From positions 14,668 to 78,667 of the forward strand of contig JAGOJO010000001.1 of assembly GCA_017995075.1 (NCBI GenBank): 64,000 nucleotides of DNA, read 5' to 3'. Made by a program: the position numbers and the translations under genes. Of the stretch, positions 58,625-64,000 are shown in pieces. The notes under the pieces were generated by a model. That model did not search any database, was not told the origin of the DNA, and was given only the letters and a program-made list of their open reading frames with translations. This stretch comes from Bacteroidia bacterium (GTDB taxonomy: Bacteria > Bacteroidota > Bacteroidia > AKYH767-A > OLB10). Positions within the stretch are counted from its first letter, which is position 1, and every line of letters starts with the position of its first letter.

Positions 58625-59818
58625 ATGCCGCCACTCAACTACCCTATTGTTCAACTCAAGAAAGGCAAAGAAAAATCATTACTTCAACGACATCCCTGGG
58701 TATTCAGTGGTGCTATTGCCCATGAGCCGTCTAATTTAGCTGAAGGCGCCATTGTACAGGTCATCAGTGCAGATAAACAGTATCTCGCCACAGGACATTT
58801 TCACAAAGGCACCATTACCGTACGTTGCTTCGATTTCACAGGAGAACCGGCCAACACGGAACTGTTCCGCAAAAAAATCAGACAAGCCGTGGCACTACGT
58901 CAATCAATTGCATTGCCTTCTGTCAACACCAATTGCTATCGACTATTGCATGGTGAAGGAGATGGAATGCCCGGATTGATAATCGACATTTATTTCAATA
59001 CAGCCGTCATTCAGACCTATACCATCGGCATGCACCAGCTAAAAGAACAGCTGGTATCGGCACTACGGGCAGAAATACCACAGCTGGAAGCCATCTACGA
59101 TAAAAGTATGGACACCATGCAAAAGCACGGCACCCATATTTCCGGAGATGAATATTTATACAAATCCGAAGGGTATACACCACCGGAAGCAGTTATCGAA
59201 AACGGCATCAGGTATTCCATCGACTTCATTAACGGACAAAAGACAGGTTTTTTCCTCGACCAACGCGACAACAGGTATTTGCTTCGACAGTATTCTAATG
59301 AAAAAAAGGTGCTCAATACTTTTTGCTATACAGGCGGATTTTCGCTTGCAGCATTACTTGGAGGAGCAAGCCTGGTTCATTCTGTTGATAGTTCAAAAAA
59401 GGCCATTGAGGGAGTGGAAGAGAACATTAAGATCAATGCATTTCCAGGCAATCATCAGAGTTACGCCATGGATGTAATGACCTTTTTAAAACAAAGCGAA
59501 GAACAATACGATGTAATTATTCTGGATCCACCAGCTTATGCCAAACATCTCAGTCAGACTGGAAATGCCATGATAGGCTATAGGAATCTTAATACAGAAG
59601 GCATAAAAAGAATCAAACCCGGCGGAATACTCTTTACTTTCTCCTGCTCTCAGGCGATCGACAAAGAACTCTTTCGCAAGCTTATCTTTCAGTCTGCATT
59701 ACAGGCAAAACGAGAAGTCAAAATACTACATCAGCTCAGTCAACCTGCCGATCACCCGGTAAGTATTTACCATCCCGAAGCAGAATACCTGAAAGGGTTG
59801 GTCCTGTTCGTAGAATAA
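58625..59818 (+). CDS. rlmI: class I SAM-dependent rRNA methyltransferase, RlmI-like (PUA-like N-terminal domain)
   Basis: 397 aa. The N-terminal PUA-like region (LLQRHPWVFSGAI) and a methyltransferase fold (VLNTFCYTGGFS; DVIILDPPAYAK) match RlmI/RlmK-type enzymes. Confidence 0.65.
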   Translation: MPPLNYPIVQLKKGKEKSLLQRHPWVFSGAIAHEPSNLAEGAIVQVISADKQYLATGHFHKGTITVRCFDFTGEPANTELFRKKIRQAVALRQSIALPSVNTNCYRLLHGEGDGMPGLIIDIYFNTAVIQTYTIGMHQLKEQLVSALRAEIPQLEAIYDKSMDTMQKHGTHISGDEYLYKSEGYTPPEAVIENGIRYSIDFINGQKTGFFLDQRDNRYLLRQYSNEKKVLNTFCYTGGFSLAALLGGASLVHSVDSSKKAIEGVEENIKINAFPGNHQSYAMDVMTFLKQSEEQYDVIILDPPAYAKHLSQTGNAMIGYRNLNTEGIKRIKPGGILFTFSCSQAIDKELFRKLIFQSALQAKREVKILHQLSQPADHPVSIYHPEAEYLKGLVLFVE

Positions 59819-59861
59819 ACCCAATATCACCGGGTATAAACAGCAGTAACATTCACTATCT

Positions 59862-60701
59862 TTGCAAAAAAATACCATGTATCCAAACGTCCCAAATCTT
59901 CACCACAAGGATTCAAGAAATTTTTTTCTGATTGCAGGCACCTGCGTTGTGGAGTCGGAAGACATCACTTATAAGACAGCCCACACTTTACAGCAAATCA
60001 CTAATCGGCTGGGCATCCCCTTTATTTTTAAAGCCTCTTATCGCAAAGCCAACCGGACAAGAATTGATTCTTACACTGGAATGGGAGATGAACGCGCATT
60101 AGGCATATTATCCTCTGTAGGGAAAGAATTAAAACTCCCATTGCTCACTGATATTCACGAAAGCCATGAAGCGGCAATCGCAGCCGAATATGTAGACATT
60201 CTTCAGATTCCAGCGTTTCTCTGCCGGCAGACCGATTTATTAGTTGCAGCAGCTAAAACGCATAAAGTTGTCAATATTAAGAAAGGCCAGTTTCTATCAC
60301 CTGAAGCAATGAAATTCGCCATGCAAAAGGTAATTGATGCCGGTAACAACAAAGTAATGTTGACTGAAAGAGGCACCTCTCTCGGATACGGAGATCTGGT
60401 TGTAGATTACCGTTCTATTCCAATCATGAAAGCGTTTGGACATCCGGTAATAATGGATATCACTCACAGCGTACAGCAACCCAACCAAACGTCAGGAGTA
60501 ACCGGAGGACGTCCGGATCTGATTGCCACTATAGCCAAGGCTGCCATTGCCACCGGAGCTGATGGTATTTTTCTGGAGACTCACCCTAATCCAGCCGAAG
60601 CATTGAGTGACGGAGCCAACATGATTCCGTTACATCAGGTAGAAGAACTGCTACGAGATTTAATCAAAATCAGACACGCTATCTTAAAGCCGCAATCATA
60701 A
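59862..60701 (+). CDS. kdsA: 3-deoxy-8-phosphooctulonate synthase (KDO8P synthase)
   Basis: FFLIAGTCVVES...IPFIFKASYRKANRTRIDSYTGMG and the DAHP-synthase-I fold motifs. Real start possibly at the internal Met (59877). Confidence 0.85.
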   Translation: MQKNTMYPNVPNLHHKDSRNFFLIAGTCVVESEDITYKTAHTLQQITNRLGIPFIFKASYRKANRTRIDSYTGMGDERALGILSSVGKELKLPLLTDIHESHEAAIAAEYVDILQIPAFLCRQTDLLVAAAKTHKVVNIKKGQFLSPEAMKFAMQKVIDAGNNKVMLTERGTSLGYGDLVVDYRSIPIMKAFGHPVIMDITHSVQQPNQTSGVTGGRPDLIATIAKAAIATGADGIFLETHPNPAEALSDGANMIPLHQVEELLRDLIKIRHAILKPQS

Positions 60702-60724
60702 AATATTAAATATCAACCTATTAA

Positions 60725-60765
60725 AGGCCTTCCTGCACTAAAATCAGGAAGGCTTTTTTATTTTC
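60725..60765 (+). terminator. rho-independent terminator
   Basis: AGGCCTTCCTG-cactaaaat-CAGGAAGGCTT followed by TTTTATTTT. Confidence 0.75.
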
Positions 60766-60836
60766 AGAAATTGCTGTTCAGAGGGTAACAAGCCGAGGGT
60801 CGAACACGTATAATCGTGCGTTGTATTACCCCCAAA

Positions 60837-63800
60837 ATGCACAAACTTCTTAAACGCCAGATCGAAAAATATTTCGGCGGACATCTACCCGATGTTCCGG
60901 GGATGGATCAGTTTATCATGGCGATTGGTCAGGCATATACTGACGATGAAAGAAGGGTACACAACCTAGAAAACATTCTCGAAGTATCCACCGGTGAAGC
61001 AAAAACCGAAGTTGAGAATATCCGCTTTGCTATTGAAGAAGCCAGTTTAGTAGCCATCATCAGCAGAGGAGGGAAAATTTTTTCCGTCAACAAAAACCTA
61101 GAGAAATTAACCGGATTAAACACTCTCGACTTCATCAATAAAAGAGTACTTGAAGTTACAGGAGAAGCACAAAAAGAGACCATTGAATTTGCCAATCAAC
61201 GACTCAGTCAGGGCAATATCTGGCAGGGTGAAGTATACGTTCAGACGAGAAAAGGAAATAAAATCTGGCTGAGCGGGACTGTAACTCCAATGAAGGACGC
61301 CAAAGGAGTCACCACGCGTCACCTTGCTATTTTTCACGACATCACTGCAAGAAAACTTTTTGAAGATGAAATTATAAGTTCTGAAAAGAAATATCGTAAT
61401 GTCATCAACTCTGTTCGTGACATCATTCTACAAGCAGATAAAAAACTAGAGTTCACTTTTTTAAATCAAGCCTGGAATGACATCACCTCCTACTCTATAG
61501 AAGAAACCCTTGGAACCAGAGTAGTAGACTACATTCATATTGAAGACTTAAAAGTATACAGCAAATTACTCAATACAATATCCACCTCCGATAATAACGC
61601 AGGAAGTTGTCTGGTCCGATTGAAATGCCAAAATGAAGAATACCGCTGGGCCGATCTCTTTATAAAGACGATGGTCAACGCCACTGGCGAGATTGTATCT
61701 TATTCAGGCACGATCAGAGATATAACAGAAGCCAGACGAAACGAAGACCTTCTCAGCAGATCCAATGCTTTTCAACGAGCCATTCTTGATGCAGCAAGAC
61801 AAGCCATTATTTCAACAGATATAAATGGCACAATAAAGACATTCAACTCAGGTGCCGAAAGAATTTCAGGACACCAACCTGAAGATGTAATTGGTATCAA
61901 CAGTATCACCAAACTGATACAAATTGACCATGATGAAAGTGCAGCAAAGAACTTCAACAAATTTGTACAACACGCACTGGATAATAATGAGGGTGAAATT
62001 GAATGCAAGTTGACACATAAATTCGGACAACAGCATGAGATATTACTGTCCATCAGTACCATTAAGGACAACAATGGAAATACATCCGGATATCTTTTCA
62101 TTGCCAACGACATTACCCTCCGAAAAACGGCAGAGAAAGAAGTCCGTAAACTGAGTACCATTCTGGAAGAGTCGCCCGACTTCGTGTGTTATTATAATAT
62201 GGCAGGAGAACTACTCTATTCCAATAAAGCCTATAAAGAAGTACGACACACTAGTGATCGGGAAACAAATCTTGATTTATACCCCAGCTGGGCAGAACTC
62301 ATCATCAAACGCAAAGCTATTCCACATGCCATCAACAATGGATCGTGGAAAGGAGAAACTGCCATCATCGACAAACAAGGCAATGAAATTCCGGTACACC
62401 ATCTAATCATCATCCACAAAGACGAAGATGGCAACCCGATCTTCCGCAGTTCGGTAATGCGCGATATTACCCAGCGAAAACAATATGAATATAAACTTCT
62501 CCAAAGTGAGAAAAGAAACCGTGACCTTGTCAACTATAGTCAGGCCATCATCGCCACACACGACCTTGACGGGAAAATCCTCACGATAAATCCAACAGGC
62601 TGCAATTTACTTGAATATTCACTGGAAGAAATGGTAGGCAACAATATCATGGACTTCATGCCTGTCAGTCATCGGGAACTATTCAAACAAGAATACCTCA
62701 CTGCATTTAATCAATCCAAAACGGTAGAAGGGATTTTATACCTGCTCAGTAAAACAGGAAAACAAATCAGTCTCCTCTACAAAAACTACAAAGTTGACGA
62801 ACCGGGTGAAGACTCCTATATTATTGGATTTGCTCAGGACATCACACGACGACTCATCGCAGAAGCCGAACTTAAAGCTGCCAAACAAAGCGCAGAAGAA
62901 TCCGCCAAAGCAAAAGAGTTATTCCTTGCCAACATGAGCCATGAAATCCGAACACCGATGAACGGCATTGTTGGATTAACGAATTTACTGCTAAAGTCTA
63001 CTCTCAACGAAAAACAACGCGAGTACACAGCATCTGTCAAACAAAGTGCGGAAAACCTGCTCGTCATCATCAACGACATACTTGACTTCAGTAAAATTCA
63101 CGCCGGCAAACTCGAAATCACAAAATCACCATTCGACCTAAACAATCTTCTATATAATATAGGCCAGACCTTTAAAATTGAAGCCAACCGTAAAAACATA
63201 GAGCTACGGACTTTAGTAGACGACAAGCTACCACCGTACTTTAGTGGAGACCAGATTCGAATCAATCAGGTCATGGTAAACCTGATCAGCAATGCCCTCA
63301 AGTTCACCGAAAGCGGACAGATCACCATATCTGCCGAGATGGTCAATGAGACTAAACAAGCATGCCGCATCCGCTTCAGTGTACAAGACAGTGGAATTGG
63401 AATACCGACCGAAAAAATCGAAAAAATCTTCAACAGCTTCACGCAAGCCAACGCAGATACGAGCCGGAAATATGGAGGAACAGGGTTAGGACTTTCGATT
63501 GTTAAAAACCTGCTCGAACTAATGGGAAGCACCATTAAAGTAGAAAGCACCGCAGGCAAAGGTTCGAAATTCCTCTTTGAACTTAATCTGGACAAAACGG
63601 ATGCTTTAATAGCAACTGAACATAAAAAAGAAGAAGAATTTACAGGCCGGTTAAAAGGAGTAAAAATCCTGATGGCTGAAGACAATAAAGTCAACCAACT
63701 TTTCGCCTCAGAACTCATTTCTGACTGGGGAGCTGAACTCGACATAGCAGACAACGGAAAGATCGCAGTAGAGATGGTAAAACGGCAACGATATGATTTA

Positions 63801-64000
63801 GTATTAATGGATATCCAAATGCCGGAGATGAGCGGACTTGACGCCACAAAATGCATCCGACAGGACATGCCGGCCGAAAAGAAAGACACCGTCATCATTG
63901 CCATGACCGCCAACGCGATGAAAGGTGACGAAAAACAATATCGTGACGCCGGAATGAACGATGTAGTATTCAAACCCTATCAGGCAGCAGAACTATACCA
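60837..64000 (+). CDS. hybrid sensor histidine kinase/response regulator with multiple PAS domains (3' end outside the window)
   Basis: Continuous frame from ATG 60837 to the window end (over 1050 codons). It is not in the supplied ORF track because no stop occurs. H-box MSHEIRTPMNGIVG, N-box NLISNALKFT, G-box GGTGLGLSIVKNL, receiver domain (ILMAEDN...DLVLMDIQMP). No TM segment. Confidence 0.85.
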   Translation, partial: MHKLLKRQIEKYFGGHLPDVPGMDQFIMAIGQAYTDDERRVHNLENILEVSTGEAKTEVENIRFAIEEASLVAIISRGGKIFSVNKNLEKLTGLNTLDFINKRVLEVTGEAQKETIEFANQRLSQGNIWQGEVYVQTRKGNKIWLSGTVTPMKDAKGVTTRHLAIFHDITARKLFEDEIISSEKKYRNVINSVRDIILQADKKLEFTFLNQAWNDITSYSIEETLGTRVVDYIHIEDLKVYSKLLNTISTSDNNAGSCLVRLKCQNEEYRWADLFIKTMVNATGEIVSYSGTIRDITEARRNEDLLSRSNAFQRAILDAARQAIISTDINGTIKTFNSGAERISGHQPEDVIGINSITKLIQIDHDESAAKNFNKFVQHALDNNEGEIECKLTHKFGQQHEILLSISTIKDNNGNTSGYLFIANDITLRKTAEKEVRKLSTILEESPDFVCYYNMAGELLYSNKAYKEVRHTSDRETNLDLYPSWAELIIKRKAIPHAINNGSWKGETAIIDKQGNEIPVHHLIIIHKDEDGNPIFRSSVMRDITQRKQYEYKLLQSEKRNRDLVNYSQAIIATHDLDGKILTINPTGCNLLEYSLEEMVGNNIMDFMPVSHRELFKQEYLTAFNQSKTVEGILYLLSKTGKQISLLYKNYKVDEPGEDSYIIGFAQDITRRLIAEAELKAAKQSAEESAKAKELFLANMSHEIRTPMNGIVGLTNLLLKSTLNEKQREYTASVKQSAENLLVIINDILDFSKIHAGKLEITKSPFDLNNLLYNIGQTFKIEANRKNIELRTLVDDKLPPYFSGDQIRINQVMVNLISNALKFTESGQITISAEMVNETKQACRIRFSVQDSGIGIPTEKIEKIFNSFTQANADTSRKYGGTGLGLSIVKNLLELMGSTIKVESTAGKGSKFLFELNLDKTDALIATEHKKEEEFTGRLKGVKILMAEDNKVNQLFASELISDWGAELDIADNGKIAVEMVKRQRYDLVLMDIQMPEMSGLDATKCIRQDMPAEKKDTVIIAMTANAMKGDEKQYRDAGMNDVVFKPYQAAELY

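Noticed and set aside
60929-63973. Seven minus-strand ORFs (60-235 aa) listed in the ORF track
   Set aside because: They lie antisense to a continuous open frame of more than 1050 codons on the + strand that carries clear HisKA, HATPase and receiver motifs. Their translations are low-complexity, with no motifs.
1-64000. CRISPR arrays, rRNA, IS elements and prophage genes
   Set aside because: I looked for evenly spaced direct repeats, transposase or integrase motifs (DDE, tyrosine recombinase R..H..R..Y), and phage structural genes. None are visible by eye. An exhaustive repeat search would need computation (for example a self dot-plot or CRISPRCasFinder).

Overview
The window reads as a chromosomal segment from a Bacteroidota (Bacteroidetes) genome. 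The sequence-level evidence for that is five predicted secreted proteins ending in T9SS/Por C-terminal sorting domains, a Bacteroidetes-type small CcmD-like protein inside a ccmBCDEF cluster, a TonB-dependent receptor paired with a DUF4249 lipoprotein, genes without Shine-Dalgarno dependence, and at least one -33 TTG / -7 TAnnTTTG promoter. I call about 60 CDS, one tRNA-Pro(GGG) and eight intrinsic terminators. I saw no CRISPR array, no integrase or transposase, and no rRNA. Housekeeping genes (bshB1, fmt, cobB, argS-speB-speA, purC, recQ-mpg-cdaA, phoH, rlmI, kdsA, a GT9 glycosyltransferase) alternate with accessory-looking loci. The accessory loci are two tandem paralogous ~890-aa T9SS cargo proteins, a Gly-rich/SprB-repeat T9SS protein next to a T9SS-tagged M1 peptidase, two tandem universal stress proteins, an ECF sigma/anti-sigma pair, a YtxH/holin-like/hypothetical trio, and several small clusters of unknown function. 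The window ends inside a soluble multi-PAS hybrid histidine kinase. The candidate novel loci I rank highest are the tandem T9SS paralog pair, the SprB-repeat protein with an internally duplicated unknown domain, the recQ-mpg-cdaA linkage, and the small unknown-gene clusters at 38.2-39.7 kb and 30.6-32.2 kb. All calls rest on reading the ORF translations for motifs and on manual hairpin inspection. No database search was possible.
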